From an uncultured Gammaproteobacteria bacterium (GTDB lineage Bacteria > Pseudomonadota > Gammaproteobacteria > Poriferisulfidales > GCA-002705445), in the NCBI GenBank assembly GCA_913065025.1, contig CAJYAP010000002.1, forward strand, positions 20,022 through 84,021: a stretch of DNA of 64,000 bases, given 5' to 3'. Each line of letters begins with the position of its first letter. Position 1 is the stretch's first letter. This document shows positions 47,891 through 57,919 of this stretch, piece by piece. Both the position numbers and the translations under genes were made by a program. The notes beneath the pieces were generated by a model. That model made no database searches. It was not told the DNA's origin and saw nothing but the letters and a program-made list of their open reading frames with translations.

Positions 47891-48765
47891 TGCAACTCCT
47901 TTAATTCATTTTTAGCAATATGTGTATATAACTGTGTTGTTGATAGATCACTATGTCCTAATAATAATTGAACAACTCTTAGATCAGCCCCATTATTAAT
48001 CATATGAGTTGCAAATGCATGTCTCAAAGTATGTGGAGATAAATGCTCTTGTATTCCTACTTGTGTGGCGTACTTTTTAAGTATATGCCAAAATGAATGT
48101 CTAGTCATCTCCTTGCCGCGATTACTTAAAAATAAAGAATCAGTTTTGCTGTTGCTTATAAATGACGATCTATAATCTTTTAAATACGCACTAAGAAATG
48201 ATAACGCATAGTCATTAATTGGTATTATTCGCTCTTTCTTACCTTTTCCCATAACTCTCAAGAAATTACTCTCCATTGCCACTTGAGATAATTTTAAAGT
48301 TACAAGTTCTGAAACACGTAAACCACATGCGTATAATATTTCTAGCATTGCTTTATCTCTAGATCCAAATCTAGTTTTTATATTGGGTGCATTTAAAAGC
48401 TTATCAACACTATCAATATCTATTGTGTGAGGAAGTGACTTAATATTCCTGGGGCTTTCAATATTTTCAGTAGGGTTTTTCTTTATAAAATTGTGATTTA
48501 AAAGATATAAAAAAAATTTTTTAAGAGAAGATATTAGCCTCATGTTACTTCTTGAAGATATTCCTTTTGAAAATCTCATTGAAATAAAGGAGCTAATATC
48601 CGAATACTGAGTGGAAAGCAAATCAATCTTGTTATGATCAAGGAATACTAAAAAAGACTTTATATCGTGCTCATATGACACCAGTGTATTTTTTGATAAA
48701 CCCTGTTCAGCCCATATGCTATCAAGAAAGTTATCAAGATAATCATTGTTTAATGTATTTTTCAT
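47866..48765 (-). CDS. xerD: Site-specific tyrosine recombinase XerD
   Basis: RHAFATHMINNGADLRVVQLLLGHSDLSTTQLYTH and the C-terminal HPRA. xerD-dsbC synteny. Confidence 0.92.
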   Translation of the reverse strand: MKNTLNNDYLDNFLDSIWAEQGLSKNTLVSYEHDIKSFLVFLDHNKIDLLSTQYSDISSFISMRFSKGISSRSNMRLISSLKKFFLYLLNHNFIKKNPTENIESPRNIKSLPHTIDIDSVDKLLNAPNIKTRFGSRDKAMLEILYACGLRVSELVTLKLSQVAMESNFLRVMGKGKKERIIPINDYALSFLSAYLKDYRSSFISNSKTDSLFLSNRGKEMTRHSFWHILKKYATQVGIQEHLSPHTLRHAFATHMINNGADLRVVQLLLGHSDLSTTQLYTHIAKNELKELHCKNHPRA

Positions 48766-48805
48766 GATACTAATAATATACTAATGTAATTTTATAATCA
48801 TTACA

Positions 48806-49222
48806 ATGAGCAGAAATAATATGAAAAGTATATCAATATTAAGAAGACTAGCATCAATAATATATGACTCATTATTAGTGTTTGCAATTCTAATAATAAT
48901 GTCTATACCATTCTATAGTTTCAATGTAGAAGGAAATAATATTCTCAAGTTAACAATGCAAGTTTACTTCTATTTAGTAACTCAATACTTTTTTGTTTGG
49001 TTTTGGGTCAACAGTCAAGGAACACTTGGAATGAAAACATGGAAAATTAAAATTATATGCGAAGATGGTAATAAAATTTCTTATAAAAAAGCAGTAATTA
49101 GGTTTAATAGCGCGATTTTTTCTATTTTAATTTTTGGCTTAGGGTTTTTAATTTCTATATTTAGAAAAGATAAAAAATGTTTGCATGATATTATCTCAAA
49201 AACAATTTTAGTAAAACTTTAG
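48806..49222 (+). CDS. RDD family membrane protein
   Basis: RRLASIIYDSLLVF (RDD-type) start, 3 TM segments, 138 aa. Confidence 0.75.
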   Translation: MSRNNMKSISILRRLASIIYDSLLVFAILIIMSIPFYSFNVEGNNILKLTMQVYFYLVTQYFFVWFWVNSQGTLGMKTWKIKIICEDGNKISYKKAVIRFNSAIFSILIFGLGFLISIFRKDKKCLHDIISKTILVKL

Positions 49223-50285
49223 ATCCATAAAATTTATTAATAATATAAAAACTTATCAATAATAAAATAAATACTGGGAGAAATGAACCTAAAAAAGGAG
49301 GTATATCTATTATTATAGATAATTTATTTACTGTTTGGTTAAATAAAAATAGACTAACACCAGTAAGTATTCCTAAAAATATTCTTTGACCAAAACTTGC
49401 TGAACGAATACTTGAATGTACAAAAGGAGTTGTTAGTAAAAACATAATCAAACATGATAGTGGTATTGAAAATTTAGACCAGAAAGCTAATTCATAGTTT
49501 TTTGATTCCATCGAATTATTTTTTAGATACTCAATGTAAGTCCTAAGTTGCATAAGAGTCATCTGGTTTGGCTTAATAATCATAATATCAAATAAATCTA
49601 AATCAATAAATTCTTCAAAGGCAGATAATTCACTATTTGTTATCTCAACTTCCTTATTTTTAAAGCTCGTTGAAGTAATATTTTTCATAATCCATTCACC
49701 CTCAACATAATGACCTTCTTCTGAATATATAGATTCCATAAGTTGTTGTTTCTCATTAAAACGATAAAGTGAAACTTCTTGAACAATCTTGTTCGGAAAT
49801 ACTTTAGCTATGTGAATAAAACTATTTTGACTTTTTATCCATATTCCATCTGTATTTTTCATGCTTAGTCTTGTAGACTCAGTTAAATTCTTTACATTGT
49901 TTGCTAGCTGCTGACCTTTCGGTGCTAAAAATTCTCCTATCAAAAAGGTTAATATAACTATAATAACTCCAGTTTTTAAAGTAATTAAAATAATTTTAGA
50001 AAAAGATAATCCAGAGGATTTTGCGGCATTTAATTCGCTAGTACTTGATAGCTTGCTTAGCCCAATCAAACTTCCCATTAATGTTGCTATTGGTAAGACT
50101 TCGTATATGTTTTGAGGTATATTCAATATTACATACAAAAAAGCTAATGATATAGGATATTCATTATTTACTTTTTTTATTTCATCTACTAAATCTAACA
50201 GGCCAACAACTATTATAAGTATTCCTAATACCGAAAAGATAGCTGATAGTATTTGTTTAGCAATGTATTTATCTAAAATTTTCAT
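49191..50285 (-). CDS. lptG: LPS export ABC transporter permease LptG
   Basis: MKILDKYIAKQIL start and the YjgP/YjgQ architecture (TM bundle plus periplasmic beta-jellyroll). Lies downstream of lptF. Confidence 0.88.
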   Translation of the reverse strand: MKILDKYIAKQILSAIFSVLGILIIVVGLLDLVDEIKKVNNEYPISLAFLYVILNIPQNIYEVLPIATLMGSLIGLSKLSSTSELNAAKSSGLSFSKIILITLKTGVIIVILTFLIGEFLAPKGQQLANNVKNLTESTRLSMKNTDGIWIKSQNSFIHIAKVFPNKIVQEVSLYRFNEKQQLMESIYSEEGHYVEGEWIMKNITSTSFKNKEVEITNSELSAFEEFIDLDLFDIMIIKPNQMTLMQLRTYIEYLKNNSMESKNYELAFWSKFSIPLSCLIMFLLTTPFVHSSIRSASFGQRIFLGILTGVSLFLFNQTVNKLSIIIDIPPFLGSFLPVFILLLISFYIINKFYGSKVLLKLFLR

Positions 50286-50288
50286 ATA

Positions 50289-51626
50289 TTATTTTTTAAA
50301 ATATTTATAAGTTTTTATTAAGTATCTATACCCATCTATTTGATTTTTTTTCATTATATAAATTAAATAGCAGGTTATTGCTGCTAATAGATGGACCCAC
50401 CAAGTTCCAATCAGAGAAAATAAATATGATTCTTTTTGAATTTGATTGACTGATATAATTACTAAATTAGAATATAAAAAATAAATTATTATTGCAGATA
50501 ATAAGTTAGAGTATTTATTTTGTCTTGGAGCTACATCACCAAATATAAAAGCAAACAGTATTAGAATCACTGCTGATATAGGCGCAAATAATCTCCACTG
50601 TATTTCTGCTGAAGACAATGCTTTATTTTGATCTGAGAAAAGGTCAAATATACTTTTCATTCTATAATTTAGTGAAAAATCTGGTGTGGTATTTAGAAGT
50701 TTTATCTCATGCACATCATATTTCATAACCTGGAAATTTCCATTTCCAGGTGAGCCTGTATATCTTTGGCCATTTTTTAAAATTAATCTTCGAACGCCAT
50801 TCTCAAGATACTCATTTCCTTCTTCTGCGGTCTCTATAGATATTTTGTTGTTTTCAGAACTTTTAATAAATATTTTTTTTGAAATTTCATTTTCGTAATC
50901 TTCGACAAAAATTATCCAATTTTTATCCTTCATTTGAATAAATTTTCCTGGGGTTTGTAATCCAATTTCAGAAGTTGTTGCTGCCTCAATTTTCTTTTTT
51001 TGTATTTCTGCTATCAGATAAGGCGATACAAAAATATTTAGTATAAAAATAAGTAAAAAAGAAGGTATTGCGATAAAATAAAAAACTTTCGTAAAAATGC
51101 TTTTATAATTGCCTGAAGATTTTAGAGCAAATATTTCGCTATCTCTATAAAATCTTGATAGCGATATTATTAAGCTTATCATTAAAGCAAACGGAAGAAG
51201 TAAAATAACAGATTTAGATGTACTTAAAAATAGAATAGAAAATACCATTTCTACCTCAAATCTTCCTTCCACAACATATTCTAAAAGCTTTACAAATAAT
51301 CTTCCAACTATTACCAACACTAAAACAGAAATTACTGAAAAGAACGAAAATATAAAGCTCTTTAGTATATACTTATCCAAAATAGTTATTCTCTGATAAT
51401 TTTTAAAACCAAAGGTCTTTTTAGTTCTAAGATTTCTAAATAATCTTTGTAATAGATTAGATTTACTATTTTGATTTTTACCAATTAAAGATATAATTGC
51501 TCTAATGAGTTGATGAAGTTTTAATTTGCATATTTTGTAAATATCCAACCATTTATCTTTATTTTTGGTATATTTAGAGTTATTTTTCATAATCAATTTT
51601 ACGACGAGGCTATATAAATTATGCAA
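50289..51626 (-). CDS. lptF: LPS export ABC transporter permease LptF (5' end uncertain; conserved part begins near 51380)
   Basis: The conserved LptF N-terminus (ITILDKYILKSFIFSFF) begins at codon 80 of the maximal ORF. The maximal ORF starts with TTG and would overlap the divergent pepA ATG. Alternative starts are ATG 51590 or TTG 51380. Confidence 0.85.
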   Translation of the reverse strand: MHNLYSLVVKLIMKNNSKYTKNKDKWLDIYKICKLKLHQLIRAIISLIGKNQNSKSNLLQRLFRNLRTKKTFGFKNYQRITILDKYILKSFIFSFFSVISVLVLVIVGRLFVKLLEYVVEGRFEVEMVFSILFLSTSKSVILLLPFALMISLIISLSRFYRDSEIFALKSSGNYKSIFTKVFYFIAIPSFLLIFILNIFVSPYLIAEIQKKKIEAATTSEIGLQTPGKFIQMKDKNWIIFVEDYENEISKKIFIKSSENNKISIETAEEGNEYLENGVRRLILKNGQRYTGSPGNGNFQVMKYDVHEIKLLNTTPDFSLNYRMKSIFDLFSDQNKALSSAEIQWRLFAPISAVILILFAFIFGDVAPRQNKYSNLLSAIIIYFLYSNLVIISVNQIQKESYLFSLIGTWWVHLLAAITCYLIYIMKKNQIDGYRYLIKTYKYFKK

Positions 51627-53126
51627 TACGATTTAACTGATAATATAACATCAATTGATGTTAATGGGGCAGCAATATTTGGAGTATTTACTGACAAGAA
51701 CATTAAGATTTTAGCAAAATACTTGAAAACTACAGATATTGCAAAAATTAAAGAAATAATTAAAAAATCTTCTTTTGAAGGAAAAATTAATCAGTCGCTA
51801 TGTATATATGATACTTCTAACAAGAAGTTAGAAAAAATTTACCTTGTTGGTTTGGGTGAAAAAAATAAATATAGCGAGAAGTCTTTTTTAAAAGCAGTAA
51901 GTGCTTTAAGTAAGATATGCAAAAATAACAACCTCAAAAATATTTTTTTAAGTATTGATTCATTATTAACTGATAAAATAAAACAAGATTGGGCAATTAG
52001 AAATATTTCTATTCATATTAATGGTATAGATTACGTTTATAACGAGACAAAAAACAAAACAAAAATAAAAATTAATTATAAAATTAGTAAAATTATATTC
52101 ATTTCTTCCCTTTTAAAGAAATCTTACTTATCAAGTCTAAAAAAATATTTTCAACAAGGTGTTGCTATATCTAGTGGTATTAAACTTGCAAAAAAACTTG
52201 GTGATCTTCCAAGTAATATTTGTACACCGACTTACTTAGCTAAAACTGCAACCGATTTAGGGAAAACAAATAAAAAATTAAATATAAAAATTCATAATGA
52301 AAAAGAAATGAAATCAATGGGTATGAATTGTCTACTTTCTGTGGGTAATGGAAGTGAAGAACCTTCTAAGCTTATAACTATGAAATATAATGGTGGTGCT
52401 AAAAATGAAAAACCTATTGCATTAGTTGGTAAAGGAATAACTTTTGACACTGGTGGTATCTCAATAAAGCCTAGTAACGGTATGGATGAAATGAAATACG
52501 ACATGTGTGGAGCTGCTAGTGTTCTAGGTACAATGAAAACTATCAGTGAACTTAATTTAAAAATAAACGTTGTTGGTGTGATAGCTTCTGCAGAAAACAT
52601 GCCTAGTGGCTCAGCTACAAATCCTGGAGATGTTGTTACTACTATGTCTGGTCAAACTGTTGAAATACTTAACACCGATGCAGAAGGAAGATTAGTTTTA
52701 TGTGACGCTCTTACTTATGTTTCAAGATTTAAACCAAAGCATGTAATTGATGTTGCAACTTTAACAGGTGCAGTTTTGGTTGCTTTAGGAAAAGTTGCAA
52801 GCGGTGTTTTATCAAATGACGAAAAGCTAACAGAAATGCTAATGAAAAGTTCAAATGTAAGCCATGACTATATTTGGGAATTACCAATGTGGGAAGAATT
52901 TCAATCTGAGTTGGATAGTAATTTTGCTGACATAGCAAATATTGGTAAAAGATATGCCGGCACAATTACGGCAGCATGCTTTCTATCAAGATTTACAGAA
53001 GACTATAGCTGGGCTCATCTTGATATAGCTGGAACAGCATGGAATGAGGGTGCTAATAAAGGTGGTACAGGAAGACCTGTTTCTTTACTTACACATTTTT
53101 TATTAGAAAATGCAAAATCTTTGTAG
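51621..53126 (+). CDS. pepA: Leucyl aminopeptidase PepA (M17)
   Basis: VGKGITFDTGGISIKP and NTDAEGRLVLCDAL. Divergent from lptF, as in E. coli. Confidence 0.95.
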   Translation: MQYDLTDNITSIDVNGAAIFGVFTDKNIKILAKYLKTTDIAKIKEIIKKSSFEGKINQSLCIYDTSNKKLEKIYLVGLGEKNKYSEKSFLKAVSALSKICKNNNLKNIFLSIDSLLTDKIKQDWAIRNISIHINGIDYVYNETKNKTKIKINYKISKIIFISSLLKKSYLSSLKKYFQQGVAISSGIKLAKKLGDLPSNICTPTYLAKTATDLGKTNKKLNIKIHNEKEMKSMGMNCLLSVGNGSEEPSKLITMKYNGGAKNEKPIALVGKGITFDTGGISIKPSNGMDEMKYDMCGAASVLGTMKTISELNLKINVVGVIASAENMPSGSATNPGDVVTTMSGQTVEILNTDAEGRLVLCDALTYVSRFKPKHVIDVATLTGAVLVALGKVASGVLSNDEKLTEMLMKSSNVSHDYIWELPMWEEFQSELDSNFADIANIGKRYAGTITAACFLSRFTEDYSWAHLDIAGTAWNEGANKGGTGRPVSLLTHFLLENAKSL

Positions 53127-53162
53127 TTTTAATATTGATATTTATTATTTAAGTATAATTAT

Positions 53163-55904
53163 ATGATTGATAATAAATACAATCCGTCAGAAATTGAAGA
53201 GAAGTGGTATAAGGAATGGGAAAAAAATAAAGTATTTTCACCGTCTAATAATGGTAATGCCTACTGTATAATGATTCCTCCGCCAAATGTTACTGGAACC
53301 CTTCATATGGGTCATGCATTTCAAGTAACTTTAATGGATATTTTATGCAGGTATCACCGAATGCTTGGTGACAATACACTTTGGCAAGCTGGGACAGATC
53401 ATGCAGGTATAGCTACTCAAATGGTTGTTGAAAGAAAACTCACTGCTCAAGGCATTTCTAGAACCGATCTTGGAAGAGAAAAATTTATAGATCAAGTGTG
53501 GGATTGGAAAAGTCAATCTGGAGACATTATAACAAAACAATTAAGAAGAATGGGTGCATCCCTTGACTGGGAAAGCGAAAGATTTACGTTGGATGAAGGT
53601 TTATCTGTAGCAGTAAATAAAGTTTTTATAGATCTTTACGAAGAAGGTTTGATTTACAAAGGTAAAAGGCTTGTAAATTGGGATCCAGTTCTTCAAACAG
53701 CGTTATCTGACTTAGAGGTAATTTCTTCTGAAGAAAATGGTAAAATTTGGGAGATTAAGTATTATCTAGATGACGACTCAGGAAACTTTTTAAAAATTGC
53801 GACTACAAGACCTGAGACAATTCTTGGAGACACAGCTGTAGCCGTTAACCCAGAAGACAAGAAATATTCCGATTACATTGGTAGAAATGTAATAGTGCCA
53901 ATAACAGGCAAAACAGTGCCAGTAATAGCTGATGATTATGTAGATATGGAGTTTGGTACAGGATGTTTAAAAATTACACCGGCACATGATTTTAATGATT
54001 ACGAGTTAGCAAAAAAACACAATTTAGAGATTATAAATATTTTTGATACATCGGCAAGAGTTAAATGTGATACGAAAGAATATAATAACTTAGATAGATT
54101 TTCAGCAAGAAAAAAAATTCTTTCGGAACTTAAAAATTCTGATCAGCTCTTAAAAGTTTCAGATCATAAAATGATAATACCTAGAGGAGATAGAAGTCAC
54201 TCAATAATTGAACCTTTAATGACAGATCAGTGGTATGTAAAAATCAAACCACTTGCAGATGAGGCTATAAAATGTGTAAAAGATAAAGAAATAAAATTTG
54301 TTCCTGAAAATTGGGAAAAAACTTATTTTGAGTGGATGAATAATATTCAAGACTGGTGTATCAGTAGGCAATTATGGTGGGGTCATAGAATTCCAGCTTG
54401 GTATGATGAAGAAAAAAATATATATGTCGGTAAAGATGAGAAAAATATAAGAGTAAAATACGATATCAAAGATGATGTAATTTTAACTCAAGACGAAGAT
54501 GTCCTCGACACATGGTTTTCATCCTCTTTATGGCCATTTTCAACACTTGGTTGGCCCAACGAAACAGAAAGAGTGAAAACTTTTTACCCTACTAGTGTTC
54601 TTATCACTGGATTCGATATTATTTTCTTCTGGGTTGCGAGAATGATTATGATGGGGAAAAAATTTGTTGGTGAAGTTCCTTTCAAAGAAATATATGTTCA
54701 CGGTTTAGTTAAAGACTCATCTGGAAATAAGATGTCTAAGTCCAAAGGTAATATAATAGACCCAATAGATTTAATAGACGGTATAAAATTAGAAAATCTT
54801 ATTAGTAAAAGAGCATCTGATTTAATGCAACCAGATATGGCAGAAAAAATTAAGAAAAATACAAAAAAAGAATATCCAGGCGGCATAGATGCATATGGAA
54901 CAGACGCATTAAGATTTACATTTGCTTCGCTAGCAAGTAATGGAAGAGATATAAATTTTAATCTCAAAAGAGTAGAAGGTTATAGGAATTTTTGTAATAA
55001 ATTATGGAATGCAGCTAGATTTGTGAAAATGCAAGATCAAATATTCATAGAACAGATAGATAATAATAATTTTCAAGATGAAGAACTATGGATTAGAAAT
55101 AAATTAGCAGAATTAATAGACAATACAAAAAATAATTATAAAAATTATAGATTTGATTATGCCTCAAAAAGTTTATACAGCTTTATATGGCAAGATTACT
55201 GTAGTTGGTATATAGAAATAACAAAATCTAAACTTAATAAAAAAAATATTACTGATGTAGATAAAAGCTTAATAATTTTTAACCTAAGACATGTGTTGAA
55301 AAATATATTATTACTTTTACATCCAATCATGCCGTTTATAACAGAAGAGATTTATAATGATGTTTTTAATGAAAAAAAATTCTTGCAGGACAACAGTTAC
55401 CCAGATTCAAGTAATTTTTTAACTACTTCCAATGTTGAAAATATAAATTGGATGATTGAAATAGTTTCAGCAATAAGGAAAACAAGATCAGAAATTGGGG
55501 TCCAACCTAATAAAGACATTGAAATAATAGTCACTGGTGAAAACGATAAAGATAAGTTTTTCTTTGATACCCTATCCTCTCTTATAATGAGTTTAGCAAA
55601 AGTAAAATCTATTAGTTTTGGCAAGGAAGATAAAAATAATAACTATTACACATGCGTATCAAATAATTTAAAATTACTAATACCGTCATCAGGTTTGATA
55701 GATGTTGAGTCTGAAATTGAAAGACTATCTAAAGAAAAATTAAAGTATATTAACCAAACTGTTGGCATAGAATCAAGATTATCAAATCCTGACTTTATTA
55801 ATAATGCTCCAGGACATATTGTTGTTTCAGATGAGCAGAAGTTAAAAGAACTTAAAGTTCAAATTTCTAAGATTGAGGAGCAAATAAAGAATTTTACTAA
55901 CTAA
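53163..55904 (+). CDS. valS: Valine--tRNA ligase
   Basis: PPPNVTGTLHMGHA (HIGH), KMSKSKGN (KMSKS) and a C-terminal coiled coil; 913 aa. Confidence 0.97.
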   Translation: MIDNKYNPSEIEEKWYKEWEKNKVFSPSNNGNAYCIMIPPPNVTGTLHMGHAFQVTLMDILCRYHRMLGDNTLWQAGTDHAGIATQMVVERKLTAQGISRTDLGREKFIDQVWDWKSQSGDIITKQLRRMGASLDWESERFTLDEGLSVAVNKVFIDLYEEGLIYKGKRLVNWDPVLQTALSDLEVISSEENGKIWEIKYYLDDDSGNFLKIATTRPETILGDTAVAVNPEDKKYSDYIGRNVIVPITGKTVPVIADDYVDMEFGTGCLKITPAHDFNDYELAKKHNLEIINIFDTSARVKCDTKEYNNLDRFSARKKILSELKNSDQLLKVSDHKMIIPRGDRSHSIIEPLMTDQWYVKIKPLADEAIKCVKDKEIKFVPENWEKTYFEWMNNIQDWCISRQLWWGHRIPAWYDEEKNIYVGKDEKNIRVKYDIKDDVILTQDEDVLDTWFSSSLWPFSTLGWPNETERVKTFYPTSVLITGFDIIFFWVARMIMMGKKFVGEVPFKEIYVHGLVKDSSGNKMSKSKGNIIDPIDLIDGIKLENLISKRASDLMQPDMAEKIKKNTKKEYPGGIDAYGTDALRFTFASLASNGRDINFNLKRVEGYRNFCNKLWNAARFVKMQDQIFIEQIDNNNFQDEELWIRNKLAELIDNTKNNYKNYRFDYASKSLYSFIWQDYCSWYIEITKSKLNKKNITDVDKSLIIFNLRHVLKNILLLLHPIMPFITEEIYNDVFNEKKFLQDNSYPDSSNFLTTSNVENINWMIEIVSAIRKTRSEIGVQPNKDIEIIVTGENDKDKFFFDTLSSLIMSLAKVKSISFGKEDKNNNYYTCVSNNLKLLIPSSGLIDVESEIERLSKEKLKYINQTVGIESRLSNPDFINNAPGHIVVSDEQKLKELKVQISKIEEQIKNFTN

Positions 55905-55912
55905 ATAAATAG

Positions 55913-57826
55913 TTAAGCAATATTCATATTAAGAATTCCTTCCATTTTTTCAGCAGTTTCGGATTTGCCAGTTCTACTATCACCTATCATAGCTACTGTT
56001 ACATCAACTTCATGTAAATCTTTTCCTAGTTTCTCTCTTTTTTTAATAGCAAATTCTTTAACAGAAACTATTAGAGATTCTGCAAGTCTTATTGGACCCT
56101 CTTGCTCAATTTCTTCCCTATTTTTAAACCCAGACTCTAAAACTTTCTCGTCAGTATTTCCTTCATACACCCCTGCCATTAACATGCTGTATGCGACACC
56201 AACTTCCATATCACCCGTTTTAACTAATTTTTCAATAGTTGAAATTAATTCTTCTTCTGTATCGGTATACTTTTCATATAAATCTTTATGAATAATTGTA
56301 CCGTCATTATCTTTCAACAAAGGAAATGGGTTAGCCCAATAACTAATCTCTGTGCCACCTCTTCCGGTCTGAGTACTTCCAGCGGCACATCTTCTTCCAT
56401 CATGAAAATGAACAATTGCATCTTTAACTGGCATTCCTGTATCAACCATTGTTTCCCCAGGTTTTTTTAAATCATAATTATTTATATAAAGTAATAAATC
56501 TAAATTACTTCCGGTCGAAACCTCGTTTTCTTCTGCCACAGGAACAATTTGTCTAGCATTTGTACCAGCCGAGGCATTGTAACCGATCTCTCTTCCAATA
56601 AGCTGAAGCTTTGCTTGTTCGCTAAATCCGTCGAGGCATGCAAAAGCTCCAATTTCAGTGCCGTAGAATTTCAATTTTTTTAATTTATCATTATCGCTTT
56701 TATAAAACTCTGCCTTACCCATATCATCAGCTTTTATATATATATCCGAAATAAATGGCTCATTTGTATCCTTGTCAAAACCAACAACGTATCTATTACA
56801 TCCACAATGTAAGGGAAAGTCTCCTTTAAGAATAGCAAGAACATTGTGTAATGTTAAAATTGGTTTTTTACAGTAACCAAAATAACCATATTCAGGTAAG
56901 TCAGGAACAAGCCCAATTAATATATCGTTTTCCTTGTCATTATAAAAACCTAAATCTTTTTCTGTTGCCCCAGGATAGCCAAAGAAAAATATTCCGTCTG
57001 GTTTTTTATTTACAAAGTCTTTATCGATCTTATATAGTGGAAACAAGTTTAATAATCCTGGCTCCATTTCAATACATCCTCGAGATTTATGAATGTAAGC
57101 TGTTATTAACCACTTCCCAACACTTAAAGGTACAGCAACCCAATCGTTGGGTTCAAAATTATCTAAATTCAAAGGATTGTGATTTAATTCATAGAACGGA
57201 AAAGCTCTTTTGTTTACTGATGTCTCGTAATGTACTCCGGTTTTAATATCTGCAGTAACTGTTAAGTTTGTATGCGCGAGCTTCGAATAAGCTGAGGGGA
57301 TACTTCCAAAATGCCCAGATATTTCTCCAGCAGTAACATTGGGGGATGCATCTAAACCATGAGATCTTGAAACACCGTGGCCAAGACCAACTCTATCAAG
57401 TAATTTTCTTCTTGTGGTAATAATTAATTCAGAGAGATCTTCTGCTTTGTCAGATATTTTTGCTTTAAATGATTTTTGCGATTCTGAGCCAGAAGTTATT
57501 ATATCATTATTCATTCTAACCAATCTAGAAAAGCTTTTATTTCTATAATGATGATAGCAGCCATCTAGGAATCTAACTATTGCCCTATCTCTTTCTAATT
57601 CAACACCCGTGGCTTCTCTTTCAAAGATTTGAAGGATATCTTTTAAGGTTAAATTAGCAATAAGCTCCGTTTTCTGTTTAGCTTCTTGAGAATGTTTTTC
57701 CCCTTTCTTTTCAAGATCTTCAAGATATTCCTTCTTATATATTTTCAAATATCTTGCGAAAGCGTAACTTCTTAAAAGCTGCTCTGATGTTACACAACTA
57801 TCTTTTATCTCTAGTATCGATTCCAC
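55913..57826 (-). CDS. Hypothetical 637-aa soluble protein, family not recognised
   Basis: Uninterrupted ORF with a GTG start and GGGGA SD 6 nt upstream. No signal peptide or TM segment. I found no P-loop, HExxH, GxGxxG or CxxxCxxC. Notable strings are GLGHGVSRSHGLD, PLHCGCNRY and FHDGRRCAAGSTQTGRGGTE. Confidence 0.8.
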   Translation of the reverse strand: MESILEIKDSCVTSEQLLRSYAFARYLKIYKKEYLEDLEKKGEKHSQEAKQKTELIANLTLKDILQIFEREATGVELERDRAIVRFLDGCYHHYRNKSFSRLVRMNNDIITSGSESQKSFKAKISDKAEDLSELIITTRRKLLDRVGLGHGVSRSHGLDASPNVTAGEISGHFGSIPSAYSKLAHTNLTVTADIKTGVHYETSVNKRAFPFYELNHNPLNLDNFEPNDWVAVPLSVGKWLITAYIHKSRGCIEMEPGLLNLFPLYKIDKDFVNKKPDGIFFFGYPGATEKDLGFYNDKENDILIGLVPDLPEYGYFGYCKKPILTLHNVLAILKGDFPLHCGCNRYVVGFDKDTNEPFISDIYIKADDMGKAEFYKSDNDKLKKLKFYGTEIGAFACLDGFSEQAKLQLIGREIGYNASAGTNARQIVPVAEENEVSTGSNLDLLLYINNYDLKKPGETMVDTGMPVKDAIVHFHDGRRCAAGSTQTGRGGTEISYWANPFPLLKDNDGTIIHKDLYEKYTDTEEELISTIEKLVKTGDMEVGVAYSMLMAGVYEGNTDEKVLESGFKNREEIEQEGPIRLAESLIVSVKEFAIKKREKLGKDLHEVDVTVAMIGDSRTGKSETAEKMEGILNMNIA

Positions 57827-57919
57827 TCTTAATCCCCACTATTAAAAAAAATAATAAAAACTAATCATCCCTGAAATATATTACTTTTATCTTTATAATT
57901 TATAGTAATAACGCTATAC

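Noticed and set aside
47866-48765. Tyrosine recombinase as a possible marker of a prophage or integrative element
   Set aside because: The sequence (ends HPRA, LLGHSDLSTTQLYTH) and the xerD-dsbC synteny identify it as the chromosomal dimer-resolution recombinase XerD. No phage or mobile genes flank it.
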